DNA from: Octopus sinensis
Taxonomy: Eukaryota
Length of the DNA: 64,000 nt
NCBI RefSeq assembly: GCF_006345805.1
Contig: NC_043003.1
Span: 88,288,001 to 88,352,000, forward strand
Direction: 5' to 3'
Shown here: positions 53,088 to 64,000 of the stretch, in pieces
Layout of the letters: every line of letters starts with the position of its first letter
Position numbering within the stretch: the first letter of the stretch is position 1
Notes under the pieces: model-generated
Database searches by the model: none
Seen by the model: only the letters and a program-made list of their open reading frames with translations
What the model was told of the DNA's origin: nothing
Program-made: the position numbers and the translations under genes

Positions 53088-54070
53088 CATCATCATCATT
53101 ATTTAGCATATGTATTCCATGCTGGCATGGGTTGGGTATTATTTTATAAGAAACTGAAAGTTCCAATCAGACTGGGACTTGAACTTCTGATATAAATGAT
53201 ACTACTAGCCACATTTTATGCAAAAGTTGTCAAATAAATATTCATATTAATCATGCTTGAACATATTTCTGTTAATGGCATAAGCATCAATTATAATTAT
53301 TTTCAACCATTTGTTTTAACCTGTATAAATCCATTAGGCTCTAACATCTTAACAACATTTTTAAATATCAAATAATACATCCAAAAGTGGCTAAATTTTC
53401 TGTTCTGCTGCATGACTCGCTGCTGCTTTATCAACTAATTCACTGTTGTGAGTTAATTCTACTTTCCATTTTCATAGAGGGCAATGAACTAAAGGACACT
53501 GAGTTAATTAATTAAATCAATGGTATGTAAATCAATATCCTAAAAAAAAAACTAACTATAGTTGTTAACCACCAATAATTAAACAACTTTACTTCAATCA
53601 TATCCAAGATCAATAGATGATAATTGACAAATATAAAGGACAAGTGTATTACCCATCATATGACAAGTAACTTTCAAATATACTTTAGCCACCAGACGTA
53701 ATATCAGAAAATATGGCATACATGCAATATCTATAATTTAACTTTTAAATTGCTTTGTGCTTATAGAAAATGATTAATTGAATATTAATTTTCAGAATTA
53801 AATGAAAGAAATTTTTTATTTGAATTTTTGCAATAAATATATGTCATTAATTTTCTAAATCTTATCAACATAATTCAAAACCAATTTCTGTAATATTTCA
53901 TTGTAAAGTGTGACTGAAGAAATCAACCAAACTAGCAAGTGAGCAATCAACCAATCTATATATCAGCTATTATTAATATAGATTACAATTAATTTCAACT
54001 TGTCCTAAGTATCTTCAGTTACAGGTCAAAGCAAGATGTACAAACTTGTATATGTATGTTATATACTTAC

Positions 54071-54218
54071 CAACACTGGCTTTCAAAAACTTTGGCCCAA
54101 TCCTGGTGTCAGTTCCAACAGCATGGGCCACTTCTGACACATCAGCCCCTGTAGCTTCACAGATTGCAGATACAGCATTGATGCTAGATATACGCTGAGC
54201 TAAAAATGCATTTGCTGC
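54071..54218 (-). CDS. UGDH: UGDH exon
   Basis: TGTAG acceptor, GTAAGT donor, 148 nt. [49 protein letters not shown], in frame with the flanking exons. Confidence 0.97.
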
Positions 54219-55014
54219 CTACAATGATATTTAAAATAACATATATGTATCAACAGCCACCATGTATCAGTGGTTTAAGTCTTTAGCAATTAAATCAACC
54301 CTATGAAGCCCAAATATTCTACCCATTTTATGTTCAAATCAGCTAGATCTGAACTTTTATGCTTACTCAACAATGTCATTCTAAAAATAAACAATCCCAT
54401 CATCAAACTCATGAAGCTATGAGATAACGCACAATTAATTCAAAACAATGGGAATAAACAAGCATTGCATTTGACAGAGTCATCTGAATGCCAAAAGGGT
54501 TAATGTATTATACAATGAAACTAACAATAGTTTAGTGATTTAGTATTACAAGTACACCTTACAACAATTTAATGGCTTAGTGTGTTACACAATAAACATA
54601 ACAATTTAGTGATTCATTGTGTTTCACATCAACCCTATTGTTAACATATTTCTAATGAAATAATTTAGTAAAATGACTTCGCCATTACTAAACTGGTGAT
54701 TGGAACATAGATTTACATCGAATTTCAATAGAGGATTTTAGTTTTGATAACTTTAAAATAAGAAGTTTGTATTGTAGAACTAGAGGTGGTCTCAAGTGGA
54801 TTAGTAATAAAAGGGAACCTAACAACAATTTAGAAGTTAACAATTTAATGATTTAGTGTGTTAACAGTAAACCTAACAATGCAGTAGCAATAACAACAGT
54901 TTAATGATTTTAGTGAATGCACTTATTTAAATAATAACTTGGTAATTTAGTGATACACAGTAAACTTGACAAGAATTTAGAAATTTAGAGTCTCATGATA
55001 GACCTAACAATAAT

Positions 55015-55184
55015 TATGTATGTGTATATATATATATATATAATATATATATATATACACACACATTATATATATATATATGATATATATATACACACAC
55101 ACACATATATATATAGATATATATGCATATATATATATATATATGCAATATATATATATATATATATAATATATATATAATATA

Positions 55185-55228
<44 letters not shown>

Positions 55229-55243
55229 TAATATATATAATAT

Positions 55244-55279
<36 letters not shown>

Positions 55280-55350
55280 ATACACACACATATATATATA
55301 ATTATATATATATACACACACACACACATATATTATATTATATATATACA

Positions 55351-55401
<51 letters not shown>

Positions 55402-55456
55402 TATATATTATATATTATATATATTATATATAATATATATATATTGCATATATATA

Positions 55457-55530
<74 letters not shown>

Positions 55531-55654
55531 GCATATATATATATTATATATATATATAATATATATATATTATAATATATATATACATATGCATATAATA
55601 TATATATACACATACATATATGCACATATATATATATATACACATACATATATG

Positions 55655-55692
<38 letters not shown>

Positions 55693-55703
55693 CATATATG
55701 CAC

Positions 55704-55748
<45 letters not shown>

Positions 55749-55810
55749 TGCATATATATATATATATGTATATATATATACATATATGCATATATATATA
55801 TATACATATA

Positions 55811-55856
<46 letters not shown>

Positions 55857-55885
55857 CATATATGCATATATTATATATATATATA

Positions 55886-55926
<41 letters not shown>

Positions 55927-56009
55927 TATATATACATATGCATATATATACATATGTATATATATGCGTATATACATATATATATACATATGTATATATA
56001 TGCGTATAT

Positions 56010-56049
<40 letters not shown>

Positions 56050-56060
56050 TATATATATGA
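55015..56060. repeat. ~1-kb (TA)n-dominated microsatellite
   Basis: Visible directly. Confidence 0.97.
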
Positions 56061-56451
56061 TTCAGTGTTACAAATAACAGCAAACAACAGTTTAGTGTAA
56101 ATATAACAATTGCATTGAGAAGATAAAAGATAGAGTTAATCATCTTTGAAATACTGATTTAATGAGATGTTGAAAGGTAAAAACAGCGGAAACAAGACTG
56201 AAATTGTGAAACAAAAAAAATAAAAATAAAGGAGATCAAGAAATGAAATAAAAAATAACCAGTTTATAATTTGCTTTAATATAACAACTGAATTATGTTT
56301 GAATAACAATCTATGCAGTAATTAAAGTCTTCACCAACATTAAGGGACATCTGGCTGCTAACTCGACTTAAAAGGTTAGACTACCATACAGAGTTACCAT
56401 ATTGTGACTTCACAACAGTGCAAGGAAATGAAAACAAGTGTGAAAACAAAC

Positions 56452-56649
56452 CAGTTTTGATAGTTCTGAAGACCATGTGTTCATGGTGATGATTTTCTCT
56501 GGAGCTACCCAATGTTGGTATATCCACTGAAGGGCCTCAATAGCTTCTTGACCTTCTGGGGTTGGGTCACCACCAATGAGGACCCGGTCTGGGCAAAGAA
56601 GATCCTTAATGGCTGTTCCTTCAGCCAAGAACTCTGGATTGGACAGAAT
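56452..56649 (-). CDS. UGDH: UDP-glucose 6-dehydrogenase exon (first exon inside window)
   Basis: TTTCAG acceptor, GTTTGT donor, 198 nt. Translates [27 protein letters not shown]...[12 protein letters not shown], the conserved [13 protein letters not shown] and SSELSKL motifs. Confidence 0.97.
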
Positions 56650-56849
56650 CTGAAACAAAAAACCAACTTAAAGGAGGGAATCTTTTAACTAACAACAACC
56701 ACACCACAAAAAACCAAAAACATTATTTCACTTTACGCAAAATTTTTTAATCATCTCCACATGTGCATACATCATATAGAATGCTACCTCTCTCTTTAGT
56801 TATTTATTTAAACTTTCTGTCAAACCACCATTTTTACTCTTTATAAAGA

Positions 56850-56887
<38 letters not shown>

Positions 56888-57130
56888 AGATAAGAAAATG
56901 GAGAAATACATCTAAATCAAATATCAATTACCAGATAATACTCAATCACATACTTTATTAAACCACCACATAAGAGATTGTAGGGTTAAATATAAAAAGC
57001 AGAACAAATCAGTGTACATAAAGGAATGTACATAAAAAAGTGTACATAAAAGAGTAATGTTGTATAATAAGTAGAATATATATAAAAGAGAATATAAATA
57101 CAAGTAAATATAAATATAAGTATAAATTAG

Positions 57131-57257
57131 ATCTTACAGCTGTTTCGGCCATGTCGATAAGTATGTCTCATTTTACCAATATTAGCCTTTTATGGTTGGT
57201 CAATATATAGATATAAATGAGACATTAACAAAAATATCACAAGGCCTTTTTGGAGAT
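57131..57257 (-). ncRNA. Inactivated hammerhead ribozyme (left pLTR copy)
   Basis: ATCT-CCAAAAA-GGCC...GGCC-GAA-ACAGCTGT-A-AGAT. The core has lost G5 and G8. Confidence 0.55.
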
Positions 57258-59243
57258 TATGTAATATAACTCAGTCTACATATATACCCACATGGGTGTG
57301 GGTGAGTACCCACAATACAACATATATATATACATATGAGTGCATATACTCACACTCCTATACATATAAAAATATACATTTACATAATGATATAAATAAA
57401 TAATATAAATTAGTAAACATTTATATGTGTTCCACAATCAATGTCTCAGTTTTTCGACTTAATATTGTGATAATAAACATACACAAATTAATACCTAGAT
57501 GCAAATATACATGTCAATAGTACATTATATTACTTCATAATAGTTTCAAAAGTGTCATTAAAGTTAGTATCATTATCGTTGTCAATACCATTAATGTTAT
57601 CATTATTATCATTCATAATATTATTAATAACTCTTACATTATGATCCAGAGCGGAATATATGTATGTCCGTGTTCCAGTTAATAATTTTCCTTATGACAT
57701 AAATACACTATTGGATTAAAATTTAAAATTATCATTATCTTCCTCACGGTTGGTCAATTGAGAACCGCCCGACCTCCACCACACCGTACAAGCAAAACAT
57801 ACACATCCACATCTAACCCTAAACCTATAAATCCACACAGAAACTCACACACACATGAATACACCCCGACACATCTCTACAATAAATTGGAGAGTATTAT
57901 TGTTTAGATGAACTTCATTATTACCATAAATATTATCAATGTTACTATGCCTATTGTTAATATCCCTACTCCTAATAGTTCCACCTGTGTTCGAAGGATT
58001 ATTATTGGGTATATACCAAATTTTATTTTCGTAGCCTGCCTTCAGCAATGCCGTGTTGTATTTTTCACAAAGTAATATATAGACTATTTACTAAGGGTAA
58101 GAATAAATTTAGCCAAATAATTAACAATAGAACTATTAGAATAGGATATAGTATCACAAATAATCTAGCCACCATCATCTCCTCCTTCAACAACAAGAAA
58201 TTGGATTGCTTCTATAATGATAGAAAGATAAACATGGGTGGTAGTGAAAATAAGTCCAATAATATCAACAGATATAGGGCTACGGAGATTTCTGCCTGGG
58301 TTAAATCTCCTCAATCTGTTAATGGCTGCAAGTGCAGAAGCAAGAATCAATGTGTGTTTGATAATAAATGCCTGAGGAGAGAGGTGGTTTCCCAATGCAC
58401 TGTAAATACACAATATAATAGCTGGGTGTACATTGGTGCAACTAAAAATAGTATAAAACAACGGCTAAACTACCATAGATATACTTTTAAAAATAAAAAT
58501 AGGATGAACTCTACTTGCTAAGTACGTATATCTGGGAACTCAAGAGTAAGAACATAGATTTTAAATTAGATTGAGAAATACTAACATCTGCACCTGTATA
58601 CAATAGTAAAAATACAAAATGCTCTTTATGTATCAATGAAATTTTCTTCATCATCAAAGCCGGCCAACCCATTATTAACAGCATTAATGAGCGAAATTTT
58701 TTTTTGCCTTCACAAATTGGCGTACACTTTCTCTAGATTTAAATAACATCTAATTCTTCTACCAGTAACCTTTTAGCATTCATCTATATAGGACTGTACT
58801 ATTGGTCCTTATAATTTATAACTTGTGTCTCCATGTATGTGTTCTACATTAATTGTTTCTGTCCCGACTGAAAAAATATACAAAAATATATAGTTATTCT
58901 GATATATGCATGATATTCGGAACCCCACAGTCTTTTATAGGTGTAAGATGTATAGGTGCATCATATCTTAGGGCACTAGTTTGAATTTTTACTATACCAA
59001 TATGTAATATGTAAGAGTCTATACTTACTATAAGTTGTTTATCTCGATGAGCATATAATGTGGGATTCTCTCTTTTTTTTTTCTTTTTACGGTTGGTTTA
59101 TTGGGGGTTGTGCATGTATGTGCATGTGGGTGCATCCTGGCGTATCCACTTATGCTTACTATATTAGGTTTATCTTATTCCCTCCTTAATTTGTATTCCA
59201 TTTTATTTATCTATTTATCTATACATGGATATGTGTGTGTGTA

Positions 59244-59292
<49 letters not shown>

Positions 59293-60317
59293 GTATATGT
59301 ATACATATATATATTCATATTTATTTATTTAATTATTTATTTTTGTTTATTTGGCACTTACTAATCTATAATTAATTTAACTTATAATTAATAAACTTAT
59401 TCTAAATTAATAGTAACCTCTGTAGGTGTGTGAAAATGTGTATGTGTAAGTATATATGTTTTTGTACATATAGGTATGATCGTGGGTGGATGTACGGATG
59501 TATGTTTTTATTACACATATAAACATGCAGGTGCGTACTTGGATGTGTATATATGTATATGCGAATATTCATTCATGGGTAGATATAAATATGGGTTTAT
59601 TTGTACGTATGAGTGTGCAGATATATATTAAAAAAAATATATATATGTGTGTGTGTTAAAGTTCCCTGACACAGTATAGGAAAGTGTATTAATATTTATG
59701 CATATATGCGGATGTGCGTGTGAGTGTGTGTGTTAGTGTTAGACACTGCTGCCTGTACTGATATGTCTATAAGCCATACGATTACAGACATGCACTCTCC
59801 AATTTATTGTAGAGATGTGTCGGGGTGTATTCATGTGTGTGTACATGTGTGTCTGAGTCTCTGTGTGGATGTATGAGTTTAGGGTTAGATGTGGATGTGT
59901 ATGTTTTGCTTGTACAGTGTGGTGGAGGTCGGGCGGTTCTCAATTGACCAACCGTGAGGAAGATAATGATAATTTTAAATTCAAATCCAATAGTGTATTT
60001 ATGTCATTAGGAAAATTATTAACTGGAACACGGACATACATATATTCCGCTCTGGATCATAATGTAAGAGTTATTAATAATATTATGAATGATAATAATG
60101 ATAACATTAATGGTATTGACAACGATAATGATACTAACTTTAATGACACTTTAGAAACTATTATGAAGTAATATAATGTACTATTGACTATGTATATTTG
60201 CATCTAGGTATTAATTTGTGTATGTTTATTATCACAATATTAAGTTGAAAAACTGAGACATTGAGTGTGGAACACATATAAATGTTTACTAATTTATATT
60301 ATTTATTTATATCATTA

Positions 60318-60515
60318 TCATCATCATCATCATCATCGTTTAGCGTCCGTTTTCCATGCTAGCATGGGTTGGACGGTTCTACTGGGGTCTGTGAAGCCAG
60401 AAGGCTTCATCAGGCCCAGTCAAATCTGGCAGTGTTTCTACGGCTGGATGCCCTTCCTAACGCCAACCACTCCGTGAGTGTAGTGGGTGCTTTTTACGTG
60501 CCACCCGCACATTTA
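60318..60515 (-). mobile_element. 5'-truncated (ATG)n-tailed repeat inserted in the right pLTR
   Basis: Absent from the left arm and flanked by duplicated CATTA (60313-60317, 60516-60520). Confidence 0.85.
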
Positions 60516-60647
60516 CATTATGTAAATGTATATTTTTATATGTATAGGAGTGTGAGTATATGCACTCATATGTATATATATATGTTGTATTGTGGGTACT
60601 CACCCACACCCATGTGGGTATATATGTAGACTGAGTTATATTACATA

Positions 60648-60774
60648 ATCTCCGAAGAGGCCTTGTGATATTTTTGTTAATGTCTCATTTATATCTATAT
60701 ATTGACCAACCATTAAGGGCTAATATTGGTAAAATGAGACATACTTATCGACATGGTCGAAACAGCTGTAAGAT
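60648..60774 (+). ncRNA. Type-I hammerhead ribozyme with long stem II (right pLTR copy)
   Basis: ATCT-CCGAAGA-GGCC...(TGTCTCATTT/AAATGAGACA inner helix)...GGTC-GAA-ACAGCTGT-A-AGAT. U4 is C, and stem III is a perfect palindrome. Confidence 0.62.
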
Positions 60775-61197
60775 CTAATTTATACTTATATTTATATTTA
60801 CTTGTATTTATATTCTCTTTTATATATATTCTACTTATTATACAACATTACTCTTTTATGTACACTTTTTTATGTACATTCCTTTATGTACACTGATTTG
60901 TTCTGCTTTTTATATTTAACCCTACAGTCTCTTATGTGGTGGTTTAATAAAGTATGTGATTGAGTATTATCTGGTAATTGATATTTGATTTAGATGTATT
61001 TCTCCATTTTCTTATCTTGTATTAGTAATTTGTGGTAAATCATTTTACCTTTGCCCATATAATACAGTAAATGAATTGATTGCATCGCAATCATTAAAAT
61101 TTATGTATTAACTTTGTTGGGTACTTCACTAGCAGTATATTGGATATACGTTATCCCATAGAGGGTTGCATTTACAACCCCTATCTCAATTTGTATA

Positions 61198-61882
61198 TAT
61201 CATCATCGTCGTTTAACGTCCGTTCTCCATGCTAGCATGGGTTGGACGGTTCGACCGGGGTTCTGGGATGCCAGAAGGCTGCACCAGGCTCCAGTCTAAT
61301 CTGGCAATGTTTCTACAGCTGGATGCCCTTCCTAACGCCAACCACTCCGTGAGTGTAGTGGGTGCTTATTACGTGCCACCTGCACAGGTGCCAGGCGGGG
61401 CTGGCAACGGCCACGGTCAGATTGGTGTATTTATGTGCCACCGGCACGGGAGCCAGTCGAGGCGGTGCTGGCATCGGCCACGAGTCGTATAGTGCTTTTT
61501 ACGTACCACCAGACCAGGGATCCTGGCTGGTTCAATTCGATTTCGATTTCGCTTGCCCCAACATGTCCTCACAAGCAAAGGGGGTTGGCATGGGTGCCTG
61601 TCGTACGGTCGCATTGGAGTATTTTACGTGCCACGGCCACGAGTCGGATAGTGCTTTTTACGTACCACCAGACCAGGGATCCTGGGTGGTTTAATTCGAT
61701 TTCGATTTCGCTTGCCCCAACATGTCTTCACAAGCAAAGGGGGTTGGCATGGGTGCCTGTCGTACGGTCGCATTGGAGTATTTTACGTGCCACGGCCACG
61801 AGTCGGATAGTGCTTTTTACGTACCACCAGGCCAGGGATCCTGGCTGGTTCAATTCGGTTTCGATTTCGATTGCCCCAACAT
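61198..61882 (-). mobile_element. (ATG)n-tailed repeat with internal 159-bp tandem amplification
   Basis: Units start at 61476, 61635 and 61794 (about 2.5 copies). Confidence 0.85.
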
Positions 61883-61883
61883 G

Positions 61884-61940
<57 letters not shown>

Positions 61941-61977
61941 AATATGTATATAGTTGTATGTATGTGTGTGTGTATTT

Positions 61978-64000
61978 GCTGAGTGCCACAGACCAAGTCT
62001 ACGGATGGTGCAAAGTCCCTTCCAGACCTAGAGTTACATGGTGGTACGGTAGACAAAGCCATTAGAGAAAAGAAAAAAGACTGGAAAGCCTGGAAGGGTG
62101 GGGGTAGCAGAGAACTGTACCAGGTAGTGAAAAGGGACGCTGGGCAGCAGGTATACATAGCCAAAGGTGAAGCAGAAAAGAAGTTTGCCAATGTCCAGCG
62201 CTGTGAGGACCAAAGAACTGAAGTATTTCAAATTGCAAGACAGTGTGTAAGAGATAATAATGATGTCACAGGAGAGAAATGTGTCTGCATGGATGATGGT
62301 GCACTTGCTTTCAATAATTCTGAAAAGAAAGAGGCTTGGAGAAGCCATTATGAAAGACTGCTGAACACGGAGAATGAATGGGAGGAGGAGAGCCAACCGA
62401 ATGTTGACCCAGTAGAGGGTCCAGCTATCCAAATAGTCAGCTCCCTGGTAGATAAAGCAATTAAGGGTATGAAGCATGGAAAAGCCCCTGGGCCATCAGG
62501 AATCACTGCTGAAATACTTAAAACATCTGGTGGTGTGGGCTATGGCCTAGTCATCTGCATTGTCAACCAGGTAGTTCATGATGGAGTCATACTCAATGAC
62601 TGGCATAGCAGCATCATAGTCAACTGCTACAAGGGTAAAGGTGACGCTTTAAATAGAAATAAGTACAGGGGTATCAAACTGCTGGATCAGGTGACGAAGG
62701 TCATAGTCCATCTCATTAGGGAGAGAGTCTGCTTAGATGAGATGCAGTTCAGTTTTGTACCAGGTAGAAGCACCGCTGGTGTGGCAACTGCAGGAGAAAT
62801 ACTTAGCTAAAGATAAACCCCTATACTTAGCTTTTGTGGACTTGGAGAAATCCTATGACAGGGTCCACCCCTCCTTTATCTGGTGGGCAATGCAGAAACT
62901 GGAGATTGACGAATGGTTAATAAGGGCTGTACAGGCCCTATACAGAGAGACCATTAGTAAGGTTAGGAATGGCAATGAGTAAAGTGAAGAATTCTGGGTA
63001 GAAGTAGGGGTTCACCAAGGATTAGCCCTCAGTCCCCTTTTATTCATCATAGTCCTCCAGGCAATAACAGAGGAATTCAAGACAGGTTGCCCCTGGGAGC
63101 TCCTCTATGCTGATGACCTGGCCCTCATAGTAGAATCACTACCAGAACTAAAGAAAAAATTTTAGGTGTGGAAGCAAGGTGTAGAATCGAAAGGCCTTAG
63201 AGTCAATGTTGCAAAGACCAAAGTTCTAGTAAGTAGGAAGGCAAACACATCACACACACCCTCAGGGAGGTGGCCCTGCTCAATCTGCAGAAAAGGTGTA
63301 CGTAAAAACTCCATAAGATGTACCCAGTGTAAGCTATGGACACATAAGAGGTGCAGCAACATCAAAGGAAGATTAACTGGGAAGATAGCTTTTGTGTGCG
63401 GCAGATGCACAGGGTCAATAAACACCACAGATGCTCAGAAAACAGATTCCATCACACTCCAGTGGGAGAAACTAGAAGTAATTGATAGTTTCCGCTATGT
63501 AGGTGACCAAGTTAGTAGTGGTGGTGGATGCTCAGAGAGTGTTACCACTACAATAAGTATAGCCTGGGCAAAGTTTAGAAAGCTTCTACTCCTACTGGTG
63601 ACAAAGGGCCTCTCACTCAGAGTTGAAAGGTAGATTGAACAATGCATGCGTGCAAACTGCCATGCTTCTGTGGCAGTGGAACATGGGCCATGACTGCGGA
63701 GGACATGCATAGGCTCGAAAGAAATGAAGCTAGCATGATCCGTTGGAAGTGTAATGTCAGTGTGCACACACGACAGAGTGTAAGCACCCTGAGAGATATG
63801 CTGGACATAAGAAGCATCATATGTGGTGTGCAAGAGTGATGTTTAAACTGGTATGGACATGTACTGCGGATGGATGAGGAGAGATGTGTGAAGAAGTGCC
63901 ACTCCCAAACAGTTGAATGTATCCGGGGGAGAGGTAGACCCAGGAAAACATGGGATGGGGTGGTCAAGCATGACTTTCGAATGTTGGGTCTCACAAAGGC
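61978..64000 (+). mobile_element. 5'-truncated RTE-clade LINE ORF2 (RT with PHD insert), frameshifted; runs off the right edge
   Basis: KAPGPSG, YRGIKLL, QFSFVPGRST, FVDLEKSYDRV, GVHQGLALSP, LLYADDL, KTKV, FRYVG and WYGHVLRM...RGRPRKTW. Confidence 0.93.

Larger units (their letters stand above)
56883..61022 (+). mobile_element. Penelope-like element with GIY-YIG endonuclease remnant and inverted pseudo-LTRs
   Basis: 58048-58745 translates CKC...CVFDNKCL...WVYIGATKNSIKQRLNYHRYTF...LSTYIWELK...CSLCINE (frameshift and stop). 56883-57895 is the reverse complement of 59794-61022 apart from an extra SINE. Confidence 0.9.

Noticed and set aside
56650-64000. Upstream UGDH exons (GAGYVG, TPTK, EKSTVP motifs)
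   Set aside because: Not found in this interval, so they presumably lie beyond the right edge.

Overview
AT-rich eukaryotic genomic DNA, full of microsatellites and repeats. The repeat style ((TA)n/(CAT)n arrays and the SINE, RTE and Penelope types) suggests an octopus or related cephalopod; this is inferred, not proven. One gene is firmly supported: the 3' two-thirds of UDP-glucose 6-dehydrogenase (UGDH) on the minus strand. It has 8 GT-AG coding exons between 56649 and 26131 that join into one open frame of 975 nt (324 aa + stop); the 5' exons lie beyond the right edge. The rest is mostly transposon debris: five mariner remnants (one full length with TIRs), RTE LINEs that carry a PHD finger inside the RT domain, a CR1/L2-like fragment, an ORF1-bearing LINE nested in a SINE, a mini-Helitron with a Pif1 fragment, many SINE-like repeats, and several Penelope-like elements (PLEs). 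The main non-coding signal is a set of 8 type-I hammerhead ribozyme motifs found by eye, ranging from intact to decayed. Most sit in PLE-type fold-back (inverted) or tandem structures, including a 2.3-kb ORF-less palindrome with a hammerhead at each outer end. All RNA folds are manual, and no database search was run.
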